Of a stretch of DNA of 48,528 bases, positions 23,675 to 35,511 are shown piece by piece (the first letter of the stretch is position 1; each line of letters starts with the position of its first letter). Made by a program: the position numbers and the translations under genes. Source of the DNA: Chara braunii. Lineage: Eukaryota; Plantae; Charophyceae. The notes beneath the pieces were generated by a model that saw only the letters and a list, made by a program, of their open reading frames with translations, made no database searches and was not told the origin of the DNA. The stretch is taken from assembly GCA_003427395.1 (NCBI GenBank), contig BFEA01000021.1, positions 677,560-726,087 of the forward strand, written 5' to 3'.

Positions 23675-26600
23675 TAAATATTCGCCGTTTTCGTTGGCAA
23701 TTGCGGCGCCACTATTTGCTCCCAAATTGTCGCCCGGTGCTTTGCGAACCGCTCTAGTACTCTCATGAAGAAATCATGCTCAAAACCTTTAATCCTCAAT
23801 TTTTTTTTCACGGTCAAAGCACGTATAGGGATAGTTGAAGGAATTGTGGTATTCTTATCTATCCGATGTAAGTAACTTCCGATGATTGAACTCTTCTGTT
23901 TTTTTTAGCTCCATGATCTGAATGTTTGTCCGTTCTGGAAGACAATCTTCTCTTCTGCCCACAGACTCTGTTCGTCCTTAGATTGTTGGATACTACCCAC
24001 GCATGGGAGGCATCCAGACACCTTGATCTCACATCCCAGAAATTCAAAATTCCCACATCCATCATTGGTCCACTTGAGCACGAGATTATCCGGGTAACAT
24101 TCTTTGAACCTTTTTACGATATCCGCCTTACTTTCTTGAGGGATAGCCCCCAAGATCCACTCCACGTCGCCCATGAGACGTATATCGAAAACCTGGTTTC
24201 GCCATCTGCCCAGGCTTACGATGAAGGTATACTCTGCATATGCATAGAGAATGCATGCTAGGGGTGGGCTTGTGTTTTTTCCCATCGGGATTCCCACGTC
24301 CTGCCTTAGCAGTACTCCTGTAGCTTTCGTATAAGTGTGCTGCAGTTCCAGCGCAACAAATTTCCTTAAATCGTCCAGACTAAGCTCTCTCCTGCAGTCT
24401 TTCCCCGTCGTCCTCCCAGACGTACTCCCCTTCCCTCTCGGATTCACCATAATTGAACGTCTGCCCTTCTTCTTGTGATACTCCACAATCCAATCCACAA
24501 CTCCCCTGATTTTTTCGTGAGGCAATTTACTGAACATTTCCTTAATATCAAATGGCATTGCTTCCACCGATCCCTCACTCCGAGTCCCTTTCAACTTCTT
24601 GTTGATTCGAGCTAAGCGTCCAACCATGTGCTCTACTGCTTGCATGTTGAAGTGCCAGTCCTTTGGCAAAGTGAATAGGAGGTGGTTAAGAGCCTTCGCC
24701 ACCAATCTTAATGTTTTCACCATGGGATCATTAAATGCAGGACAGATTGGGCAATATCTGTCGAGGTCCTTGTGCTTTGGAAGCACATAGGTCTTGCCAA
24801 ATTCCCCTTTCTTGTCCCATCTCACAAAATGTTTCAGTCCCTCTTTCTCCACATCTTCTCTGATTTCCCTAAGAATCACTCCTTTCGTACTAGTCATCAC
24901 ACGATAACCTGGATTGTTGGCAAAGGTATCCATCATCGCCTTGTGATAGACCGCTGGGCATATCGCCACTGTTTCTTCTGGATTTTTATCCAACGGTGTT
25001 ATGACGAACCCTGTCAATTCCCTCTTCACACTTGCAACCTCCATAACACTAATCCTGTCCTCGTTATCCTCCGGACTTGAGATACATGCGACCAACCGTT
25101 CTCTACTAACTTTCGAAATATTACCACGAAAATTATACCAATTAGCAAAGCTATCTTCCACCTCATGCTTCAACAACTTTGCACGGTCCGCTACAGTCGC
25201 CCGTGGAATGTCGTTGGCATTCCCCATGCGAACATGCCTATCCTCGCCTTTACTGAATCGGAATCGCACGTGCCCTCCCTCCCGGGGGTAGGGCAAATCT
25301 GCACAAGTACAGATCAACACCTTCTGAGCCGCATAGGCTCGTTGGTTGTGCAACAGGTCCTTAACTGCCAGATTCTTCGTCTGGACTATGCGAACCTTCC
25401 TCCGTGCTCGATTCCTAAAACACTCAGGCAACTCACATGTCGTGATACAGTCGTTGACCACCTTGTGCAATTCGACTAGCTTAACTCTAGCATCGTACTT
25501 AGTCTTCACCACCAATCCTTCCCTGACTATCCTTGACACTTGGCGCCTCATATACTTGCGAGTAGACTTCTTACCGAAATCTCTAACCACGTTGTACAGT
25601 CTTATTACAACTTTAAGGTCCCATTCGTAGATACTTGCCAGCTTCCCCGGGTTTCTCATGATCCCTATCAGTATTTGCTTTAACTTATTACCTTGCGGTT
25701 TCCATGCTCGCAGATGTACCACTTCAAGCAGACCACCCTGTTCAAGTTCCACTTTGAGTTCCTTTAAAACTCCCGTCCATCCTCCAATTTTTACTGTTGA
25801 TTCTCCAAAGGCCTTCCTAACCTTCTGCCACCTGGGAAACCACGTGTTACCCCCATTAGCTTCTATCGGGAAGGTACGTATACCCTTCTTATCGTACTTC
25901 GTCAGTATGCTCGGCAAATTCGAGGACCATACTCCGTCATCCTTGAATCGAATAGGTATAACAACCCTTTGACTACCTCCCTCCATGTCCTCCCTCGCTC
26001 TCCACCACTCCGCTCGGCCTTTCCTACCCCTTTTTAGTCTCTTTCTTCCCGACCTCTTTGCTCCATTGGTATTCAAAAATGGGGACCATTGTGTTATATA
26101 CAAATTCTCCAGATCAACAGGGTCAGATTCGCTGGTTGTATCTAGCGGCAGTAGGACGTAGTTAGCGGCTCCAAAGTATCCCAACGATCTATAGAAGTGA
26201 GTGTGTATACGTGATTTGCTTGCTCGGAGGTGTTCCCTCCATCTTATGTTTAGTGCTCTATTTGTCCTCCCGATATGTTGCAACTTACAAAATGGGGAAA
26301 CCGCGACATAGACACAACATTTAGCGTTGACAAAATCTACCCCGTATACTTCAAACAATCTTCTCCATAACGACCATTTCGTCAAAATGGACATTTTTTA
26401 TTTTTTGAACGAAATTGATCCCAGTTTTTTGGCCGAAAACTCGTCAAAATTTGTTGTTCCTGAAAACGCTGGACCCCCTGGCTGTACATGGATCTAGCTT
26501 GAGACCAGGCACCTCCAGGCAGGACTGCTTGGAGGTACCTGGTCTGAAGCTAGATCCATGTACAGCCAGGGGGTCCAGCATTTTCTGGACCCTCAGGAAC

Positions 26601-26900
26601 AACAAATTTTGAAGAGTTTTTGGCCAAAAAACAGGGTTTCAATTTCGTTCAAAAAATAAAAGATGTCCATTTTGACGAAATGGCAGTTCCATGAGCTAAT
26701 TAGCTTACGGTTTCATTTGATCTCACCTCTAACTGATAGATTGAAGATGCATAATCTCATCAATTCTTCGACATCTGCATTTACGTTTGGAAACTTGCAT
26801 CGCAAGCTCGTCAAATTCCGTACTAGGCGCCAAAGTATTTTCACCCAATCTCTAGCTAATGCTTCACCCCCTTCTCCGGGTTCATCCACAGTTGTGTCAT
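23675..26900 (-). pseudogene. Copy B ORF2: GIY-YIG + Penelope-type RT, split by a MITE
   Basis: The 829-aa ORF 23905-26394 has CVYVAVSPFCKLQHIGRT...RWREH, CTC...GGHV, PLDKNP, YVLPKHKD, PFDIKEMF, GIPMGKNTSP, RLMGD (DD mutated) and FLG. The frame continues upstream of the MITE (LWRLVRNL...IK*NRKLISSWRR). The C-terminal SYLHRID segment follows a stop. Confidence 0.9.
26369..26688. mobile_element. 320-bp fully palindromic MITE with 4-bp TSD
   Basis: Near-perfect inverted arms (AAC..CCATTTCGTCAAAATGGACAT...). CCAT is duplicated at 26365-26368 and 26689-26692. Excision restores the ORF2 frame (LISSWRRLFE). Confidence 0.88.
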
Positions 26901-26902
26901 CC

Positions 26903-28005
26903 TCATCTTTCCTCAGTGATTTTGATCACCTCCTCCTCCTGATGTGCCACTTCCTCAAAGTTGAGTCGTGTGCGATGACTCGCAATATCGAAGATGGCAT
27001 CAATTTTTCCCGCATAGCAAATCCCTTCCTCCTTGCAGACTGCTTGCAGTTCAGCCGCGTCGAAACCCTTGATCTCCTCCATAACCTGGTTTCGGTATCT
27101 CAGCTTTGCTACTGTCCCTCTAGTCGCTGGCGTCTTCATTTTTTCCACGATCGGCAACAACTTAGTCTTGATCTTCCTTTTTGACCTTGTCATCCGTGTC
27201 GTCAGGTTCACTGACTTTAACTTTGAATTCCTGGTTTCGATGACCGCTTCGGGGGGGTCAGCATGGGAGAGTTGTTCTCTAGAACAGGTTTCGGCCCACG
27301 TTTCCGCTTTACTGTCGTCGTCCTCTTGCCAAACTTCTGCAGCTTAACCTCTATACTGCTCCCGCTGGTCTCTATCTCGGAGCTAGACCCTTCAGAGGAC
27401 ACACTAGCTGCCTTTTGTTTGCCTTTGTTCTTCTTGCCCTTTGGCGGTGCCGAAATAAATTTCGCCTCCAACGTGTCGCATAACTCACTTATTTTAATGG
27501 ACACTGAGGTCCACACTCTTATCGATCTCCGCCATTCTCATCTCCTCTTTTATGGCCTTCTCAGTTTTTTCCGTTGCCTTCCTTTCCTTAGCTCGTTTCT
27601 CCTCCTCCGCCCTTTGCTTGGCTTCCGCTTTCTCCCTCTTGCGACGCTCCTTTTCTTCCTTCTTAGCCCTCTGGTTTTGTACAAACTCAGTCACTACCTC
27701 CAGATTACGTCCCAGCTCTTGTATCTTTGACGTCACTTCCGGATCCTGGAAGTATGATCTCCTCTGGCAGGGTCGGTCATATCTCGCTAGTGATACCGAC
27801 CTACCACGCCGTGAATCTAACGATGATGACGGACGCTCCAAATATCTAGCCCTCTTGGGGTGAGGACATTGGTTTGTGTAGTGTCTCTCTTCCCGACAAT
27901 TAAAACACGTCGGCCCTCTTCTCGTTCCTCTCTCATCTCGCCCTCTCATTTTCTCTGATCTTCATCCTCCCTCCGTTGGGGGTCCTGCTGCTCGCGTCCC
28001 GCCAT
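26903..28005 (-). pseudogene. Copy B ORF1: gag-like CCHC zinc knuckle, coiled coil, SAP-like motif
   Basis: CFNCREERHYTNQC (CX2CX4HX4C), an E/K/R-rich helix and IKGFDAAELQAVCKEEGICYAGKIDAIFDI. Frameshifted fragments. Confidence 0.8.
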
Positions 28006-28236
28006 CCTACGAACCTTAGTAGTTCGCCCGCGTCTTCACTCTCAAAGTACTTCCTCCTTAGATGTCTCCAACAACAACTCCTTGACTCGAAGGTTCGCAC
28101 CTCCAAATCTCATAAAGCACGCTCACTCCTCCCGGTGATCTCCTTCAGGTAAGTTCACGTGTGCCGTCAACAGGTAGTGTTTACTCAAAGCAATATGACA
28201 ATCAACAGATTGCTCACAAAGCAGTCAACGTACACA

Positions 28237-28786
28237 GGGTCTCGTTAGACACTCCTAAAAGTGTCTGTTTTTAGGATTGCATTTTGGTTGCACGCAATCC
28301 TAAATCTAATTTTGAGATCGAAAATGTGAAAACGGCGTTAGGAGGAGTCCTAAAGGATTTAGGATTCCCCAGGCAAAATCGTCCTAAATTTTCTAGTAGC
28401 CCCCAACCTACTGAAAAAATTAGGATTCCCGTGTTTCACGGACTCGTTGCGTCGCGCGCATGGCACCGTCGACACGGAGTTGCTGGTGCAGAAGTGGTCC
28501 GTCGGGTCAGTGGTTGGACATCAGAGGTTTTCTGCGGGTCGACGCGGGCAATGGCCACGAACGGCAGCCGTTGGCGGGGATTGGACGGACATTGGCAGGA
28601 ATGGACGCAAATTGGCGATGCGGCTGCGTATACGCATATGAAAACCTGTCGCGGAAGACCTTTTAGGACGAATCCTAAGAGATGATTTTTAGGATTGCGT
28701 GTAACGACGTCGCACAAAATCCTAAAAATCCTTTAGGACTCGTCCTAAAGATTTTAGGATTCTTTTAGGAGTGTCTAATGAGACCC
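28237..28786. mobile_element. 550-bp Harbinger/Tourist-like MITE
   Basis: TIR GGGTCTCGTTAGACACTCCTAAAAG and CTTTTAGGAGTGTCTAATGAGACCC. The empty site in the other pLTR (CAACGTACAAATGCAC, ~22984) shows 3 extra bp (ACA/AAA, an imperfect 3-bp TSD). TCCTAA/TTAGGA subterminal repeats. Confidence 0.88.
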
Positions 28787-28861
28787 AAATGCACGTTCAC
28801 AAATAAACAGTGTAGCCATTGAAACAAAATTGAAAGAATTGAGGTACAGCAGGAGAGGCGT

Positions 28862-28908
28862 CCTCGATGCCACGTTTCGATGACAGCCACGTCATCATCT
28901 TCAGGGGG
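28862..28908 (-). ncRNA. Minimal hammerhead ribozyme, B 5' pLTR
   Basis: Minus strand: CCCC-CTGAAGA-T-GATGAC-GTGGCT-GTCATC-GAAAC-GTGGC-ATC-GAGG. Intact CTGANGA/GAAA core, perfect 6-bp stem II, substitutions in stems I and III. Confidence 0.8.
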
Positions 28909-29212
28909 TTTCCTCCATCATCCCCCAACTATGTGTTCTTCCCCATTCCCACTTCCGTCCGCGCACGTACCGGCAGTCCGGACTGCCCATACCCACGTTA
29001 GAACGTCGGTCATGAAAGAGGTTACTGACTATGCACACTTCCTACTTATTGGAACGCTAAACTTTTTGGTCCACTAGGCCCGAACAGTTTGTACCTGCGG
29101 CCTCGTGCGTGTCCCCTGGTACCTGAAAAAGTTATACAAACTAACACTACGGTCTCTAGTCTATCTGAGAAAAAAAAAACAAGACAGCTGCATTTCAACA
29201 AGCGGTGCGTGT

Positions 29213-31265
29213 AGGCAGAGCCCTGGTGATCAACAATGTGGTGCTTGTCTCTCTGTGGTACAAATCGGCCATCTGGGGGTTAGACAAAACCTCCCTGAGA
29301 ACCCTGCAGCGACAGCTGGCTGCTTTTTTGTGGCGAGGGAATCATGAAAGACACAATGTTATCAGCAGAGTCGCATGGCAACCGATTATCCAACCCAAAG
29401 TAAAAGGTGGATTGGGCATAATTGACCCGACAACGCAGGTCAAGGCTCTTGCCATACAATGGCTCAAACGCTTGCTCTTCTGCCCACGCACCCCGTGGAA
29501 AGACCTGACACTGGAACAGATCTCAAGATTAGCTCCGGAAACACCGGCCCACATCAACCCGCTCACATGGATTGAAAATAGAGAATGGCCAATCTCGCGG
29601 TGGTCCCGACAAGAAAATGTCGTTGTCAACTCACCAAGAAGAGAGGCAAGGAAGGACCTGCACAATGACTCCTTCTGGCCAACCCTATTACGGACATGGA
29701 GAAACCTCCCCCTGCCAGACAAAATCCAACCAGAAAGATGGGAGGAGGTGGCCAGACAACCATTGTTTGGGAATAGAAGGATAACTAACACAAGAGGTCA
29801 GATGCTGCACTGCACGGACGCCCCGTGGAGAGGATGGGTGAAAAAGAGGGTTCTTAAATTTAGGGACATCTGGGACGGCGATAGAAGAGATTGGGTCACA
29901 AGGGATCAACTCAAGGAAAAACCGAGGTACTGTCACAAACCGGAGGAGGCGCTAGATGACCTGATTGAATGCATCCCCCTGAACTGGTGAAAAATCCTGA
30001 GAAAGGGTCCGGTGATACGAGAATCAGACTGGGTGCTAATTCGGGGCCACCAGGGAGAAGTAGGCAAGGTAGTACGCAGCGTCCCAAATAGACCAGTGGC
30101 GGTTGATATCCACACAATTGGCAACGACAACTCCCTCCAAAAGGCCAATCCCGAACGGACACAATTGGTCGGGGAGCAGGAGCTCTCACGCATTAGAGTG
30201 CTGAAGGAAGACCACAGATGGGTGGCATTCTTCCCCGACACTCCGATATCGTAACTACCCTTAGATCCCCAGGAGTGGGTATGGACGAACACAATAGGCA
30301 GAGGCAGAACCAGCACTAAAACACTATATGATATCACGGTCAAAACAACATACCGAATGCTCCGGCCAAAAACCGGCCTGCGGGACAGGGTGGAAGCGAG
30401 ATGGATGAACCAGTTGAACATCAGCAAAGTTTCACTGAGAAAGGTCAAATGGTTCCAACTGACCAAAAACAAACCTGCTAACTTGGCCTCTGTGCAGTGG
30501 CAAATGGAACACAGGTGCCTGCCTACCAACAATTGGTTGATAGACAGGACCAATCTTGAACAGAAGGGGCTCGCCCTGTCTTGGTGTAGATTATGCTCAA
30601 ATGCATTCCCATCGAGAAAGAGACCCGAGACAGTAGAACACATATTCCTTCAATGCCCGGGCGCTGTCTGGCTCTGGCGATGGTGGGATAGAATCTGGGA
30701 TCAGCTGGGAATAGGGTCACCCTGGCCGTGGGATTGGAAAGCCTTGATGTTTGAAATTTGGCCCGTGGAACAGCCGGACGACTTCACGCTTAACATGTTC
30801 CCACAAGGACGCCAGGCAGTATTGTGGGCACTATGGAGACGACGCTGCACCTATGAAATGGAAGGCGTAAGGTTGGAAGGTCCAGAATTCACGGAAAGCA
30901 TACAACAACAAATCCAGACAAACATTACAGCGAGATGGGAAAAAGTGAAAATGCAAATCAAGTACACCCACACTCAGAATGAAATAAAACAGAAAATACA
31001 AACTTTCTGCAAAGAATGGCTCGGGGGAGAAACGGGGGGGAGGTTGGGAAAAGTGGAATGGCAAGGAGGGAAAGAGGGGCAGGAGGAGGCGCAGATAACC
31101 AGAGACTACAGACTCCTCTTTAATGAGTGGACCAAGCTTGATGACTCAATCCCAATGCGACCAAGTGTTCAATTCCCAGACTTTTTCCCTCCCCCGGCAA
31201 ATAGCTTAGTAAGCAAGGCATGGTATGAGGGAGAGCGAGGGGAATGGCTCCGAGAGAAGGGTTAG
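29213..31265 (+). pseudogene. LINE ORF2 C-terminal part (post-RT region + zf-RVT)
   Basis: GRALVINNVV...FLWRG...RVAWQPIIQPKVKGGLGIID, QPLFGN, CRLC...ETVEHIFLQC, LWALWRRR. One frame with stops at 29990 and 30254. Confidence 0.88.
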
Positions 31266-31571
31266 ACTGCTAGGGACTATGGAAAGCAGCGGGCGGCCCC
31301 TCAAAAAAAGGGGGGCTGAAGAGGCAGATCTAGCTCAGGGGCTCAGATATTTCATGATCACACACATTGTTCACATTGTTTACATTTGTATTTCACAGGG
31401 ACGCTGGACCCGATTTCCAGCAGGTGCTGCTCCCCACCAATAGATGGAGCCTCCCCGACAGTGCTAGCGGTGTCTGCTCGTATCAGCACCCCTAGCACCC
31501 GCTCGGGTTGTTCATTTGAAAAAAACAAAAAAAACCAAAAAAAAAACCAAAAAAAAAACAAAACAAAGAAA
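29213..31571 (+). mobile_element. 5'-truncated L1/Tx1-type LINE
   Basis: 16-bp TSD AACAAGC(G/A)GTGCGTGT at 29197-29212 and 31572-31587. A-rich tail 31519-31571. Encodes the post-RT region of ORF2. Confidence 0.92.
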
Positions 31572-33787
31572 AACAAGCAGTGCGTGTTCGAGCCCCCGAA
31601 GAAACCCTGAAAAGTCGATAAAATCGATACGACTGCATTGGTCCCCGCAGACCTTATACACGAAACCCTGTCCAAATTTCCGGTCCCCGCATACCTTGTT
31701 GGCCTTGGGACTATCGGTCCTAGAGGCCAATTTTTTTCTGTTTCTTTTTTCTTAAAGAAAGGGTAAGTTCAAGCAACCTGAAATTTACAAGCACACGAAT
31801 GGCCTGGCTACCCTACACAGCTGATCCCAGTTTTGGGGTGAGTAGGGGAGCCACACATGCTCAAGTCGACCTCACGAATATGAATATAAAATGGCTGAAA
31901 AGTGGGCAGGGTGAGAATACTCACCCTGTTTCTCGTTTCCCCGGCGGGCAGCCGTGATTCAGGTGGGAGCTTTCCAGCATTCACCCTGTGGGGCAAGTTT
32001 TTCCGCGGTCCACACAGCTTCTCTGCACCTTTTCTGTCATCATGATTTTGTTCTAACCACCACTCCCACCCTCTGCCCTGCACTTGGACCATTTCATATG
32101 CGACGGCAGGGTGAGCGAACAGCCTCACAGTGCTCACCCAGGTGTGGCAGCCTGGAGACAATCGAGTTTAGTGTACAAAGGGGATCATGAGTGTGCGCAG
32201 CAAAGAGGTCTGTTCTTGGGGTGGGGTGATGAGTGCAGCGAGCCCCGAACTCTCATATCCAGCATCCATATGGACAATGAGCAGAAGTGGCAGAGGAACG
32301 GCCACACCAGCACAAAATTGGATAATGCTATAATATAAGTCCCCTTCAGAATCTCTCCTCCCAACAATCAACACAACAACACAACAACAGTGATAGTTCT
32401 CTGTGTGGTCAACGACCCTATCCACCACCCTACCGTTGTCACTCGAATACAATGTACAGCCATTATACCTGTATCTGGTGCAACTTTGAGTCTAGATACA
32501 GCAATAATGGCCGCACGTTGTGTTCGGGTGAACACTGTAGCCTGCACTACCCCACTGTACAATGCCGCAGTGTAAGATGATACAGCATGTCAGTAACTGC
32601 TCCCACCTACGCCTGAACGTAGAATGTACCTTGCTCAGCCTGAAGCTCTCCCGCGACCACCAGGTATGTCCCTTACCAAACCCTCCTCCATGTGCCCTTC
32701 ATCCCTTGCCAAAACCTTTCTCCCTGCTCCCTTCATCCCTTGCCAAACCCTCCTCCTAGCCTGAGGATCTCCTTTCTGCGCACCAGCCTCTTCTTCACGT
32801 ACTCAGCCCAGCTATGGCTGTCTCTGCCTGCCTTCCCCCACAGCTCATGGCTAGCTGCTCATGTTTGCTTCTCAAGCGCAGCAGCATCTACCTGGCAAAA
32901 GACTCCTCTAGACCACCCTGCCCTCCTTCTTTATGCCAAGCAGGAACCTAGTCAGGCCAGGGTACCTTCTGAAAGAGGCTGCAATGTGTTCGGATCCCAG
33001 CCACCTGGCTGGTATTCCGACCAGGTACCCTGGTTCCCTTACCAGTCTGATCTGGGCCTTCCCAAAAATGGTTAGGCCCGACTTTCCACCTGGTCTGGCT
33101 TTCACTTGCGGCCCTGCGCTTTCATACCTCGGAGGCCCTCATGGTGTGACGATCCCATCCCCTTCCGTCCAAAGCACTCTGAGAAACCATCATTACACTA
33201 AGTCTTGCTGTTTTCCTTTCGCCCCCCCCCTCCCCCTCTCTCCGTGCTGTTTGCACCAATTCTTCCCTTGTAAGCCATCCACCTTCACTCCGATCAATAT
33301 GATATCTAGAGTGAAATTTGCACTGCAACTGAGGCTCCGGTGGGCACCCTCTCTTTTTAGTTTTTGGCGCCGGAGTCGGAGGCAGACGCGCCGCGTCAAC
33401 GGAAGTTGCCTTGTCGCCGCCAGCTTCCGCAGCTCATCAAAGTCGCGCCAGTCAATGGACACGGTCCTTTAGGGTCAACTCGTCAACCAGTTCCCTTAGG
33501 GCGAGTCAACGGAATCCCCCAAGCCCTGCACGTTCCACGTGGCTATTTTAATTCTCCCCATAGGGTACCATCATACTACCATGCGGAGGGCTGCTGGTTG
33601 AATTTGCCCTGGGGACAGCAAAGCTTCTGGCCATCTGCCACTTAGTACTTCTGCAAAGTAGGCTGATGATAGGTTTCTTCTCTTCGGCAGTTAGCCGTTC
33701 AACCGTTGTAATAGAGACGCTGTCACACCCGGTCCCACCGAGATTCACAGAAGTTAGCCTCTCTCTTATGGTTACAGTCCCACCCGG

Positions 33788-34800
33788 CATTACCAACAGC
33801 GAGATGGCTGAGAAAAAGGGGAATGTCAGTAAAAGACGCCTGCGGCAGGTGTAGTTGGGTGTTCGAAACTATGCACCACCTGTGGTGGGCCTGCCCCAAA
33901 TCCAGGAAGTGGTGGGAATCGTGGACAGCTCATTGGTTTATGTGGTCCGGTAGGAAGGATCCGACAGGAGAAAGGTGGGTCACACTGGGAACAGTTCCAG
34001 AAGGCACGGCGACAGACAGGGGATGGGGTTATGAAGCACAGGTTTGTAGAGCGGTTCTGCTGTGGGTGATTTGGGCAGTCTAAGACCGCAATGGCACCAG
34101 GTTCAAAGGAAATAGCATGTCCGAAGCCCAGGCGGAGAGACTCTTCAGAAAGTTGTTAAGAAATGAGATCTTGGCGGATTGGAGGAGAAAGGTGGGCGAG
34201 GGAAGGAGGGGGGCAGGCACGCAGTGGTTCAAAGCAACCTGGGGGCAGAATGCAGCCGTGCTACAAGTTACCAAAGATAACAAGCTGAAGTTCTCGTCCT
34301 GGTGGAACAAATAGGCAGGGGTAGAGTACGGACAGCAGTAGGAGTAGGATAGAGGTAGAACCAGAGCCACTCGGTTCTTGGATCGGACCACAGTAGGTCA
34401 AGCAGGGGAGGGGCGGGGAGAGTGCCAGGGGTACGAGGAGCTTGGGTTCCACCGTCCGGGTAGGCCGGGGTCAGGCTGGGTTAGGCCTGTATAATTAGAA
34501 TAGGTGTAAATCAGAAGGGATGGTAGGAGACTTCAGTAGGCAGTTCAGAAGATTTAGACTGACAAGCACGACAGATTGATTGGAAACAGCAACCCACGAC
34601 ATGGTTAATAGACAGATTGGCGAAGTACGAATTCCAGGCGAGTGAGGCAGGTTGCCTCAGGAGACAAACTTAAGCTAAACTGGCTGATGCTGCCAGGATA
34701 ACTCCGGGTTGAATTGTGAGGTCCCCGGCCTCGATCTCTGATTTGCAATAAAAGCGACAGTTTCTGGTAAAAAAAAATAAATCAAAAAGTAAAAAAAAAA
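33788..34800 (+). mobile_element. LINE 3' fragment (zf-RVT, 3' UTR, poly(A))
   Basis: LPTARWL...CGRC...ETMHHLWWAC...LLWVIWAV*..N. AATAAA at ~34747 and an A-rich tail at 34769-34801. Confidence 0.8.
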
Positions 34801-35079
34801 ATGGACGTGTATCTTGCCATGATCCAACAGGCCGATTCATTCAGCCAATGCAACAGTGTAGGGCCTGTCTCCACGGCACCGGCCACCACAGGGGTCCAAA
34901 GGGAAAAACAAAGTTTCTTCCCTGACGGCCGCTTCACTACTGACACCACAAGTCGGTGACCTCCCCCCGAATGCAGCCCTAACTCACCGGAATGTCCATT
35001 TTCAGCCGTTGGGGGGAGTGGTGAGAAGAAAACTTCTGTTTCAAGTTGCGATCAACAGAAAGGCCGTCTGCAGAGAGGG

Positions 35080-35511
35080 GGCCCACCCTGTGCTGTTAGA
35101 GAGCCAGTTTGGGGGGCACTCTTGAGGGCACCTGCCAATGAGCAGACAAACTTTTAGGGGGGGTAGGGCTTTTGGGGGCATAATTGTGATGAGCAAACAG
35201 ACATTTAAGGGGGGTCCTAAGGGCGCCTGCCAATGAGCAAATGGACTTTTAGTGGGGTTAGGGTTTTTAAGGGCCTGCTAATGATCAAACTGGATTGTAG
35301 GGGGGTTGGGGATTGTAAGGGCCTGCTAGTAGGTGAACGGACGGAATTTTAGTAGGGGTCTTAAGGAACCGCCGATTAGCAAATGGACTTATAAGGAGAT
35401 AACTCAGCTAAGAAGGGGTTTTAGGCGCCTGCTAATGAGCAATCAGAGGCTCTTGGGCGATTCACAGGGGCCTGACAATGAGTGCACGAACTTTAAGAGG
35501 TTTTAGGGGCC
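35080..35511. repeat. Degenerate ~45-bp tandem repeat
   Basis: Recurring GCCTGC(C/T)AATGAGCAAA..GACTTT(T)AG(G)n units. A similar unit occurs at ~44780-44835. Confidence 0.6.

Larger units (their letters stand above)
28173..31683 (-). repeat. 5' pseudo-LTR of copy B, interrupted by a MITE and a LINE
   Basis: Three segments colinear with 22931-23510. Confidence 0.85.
22933..31691 (-). mobile_element. Penelope-like retroelement copy B with direct terminal repeats, carrying three nested insertions
   Basis: TSD TACCTTGTTGG at 22922-22932 and 31692-31702. Terminal repeat 22931-23510 reappears as 28173-28236 + 28787-29212 + 31572-31683. ORF1 and ORF2 lie between the repeats. Confidence 0.88.
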
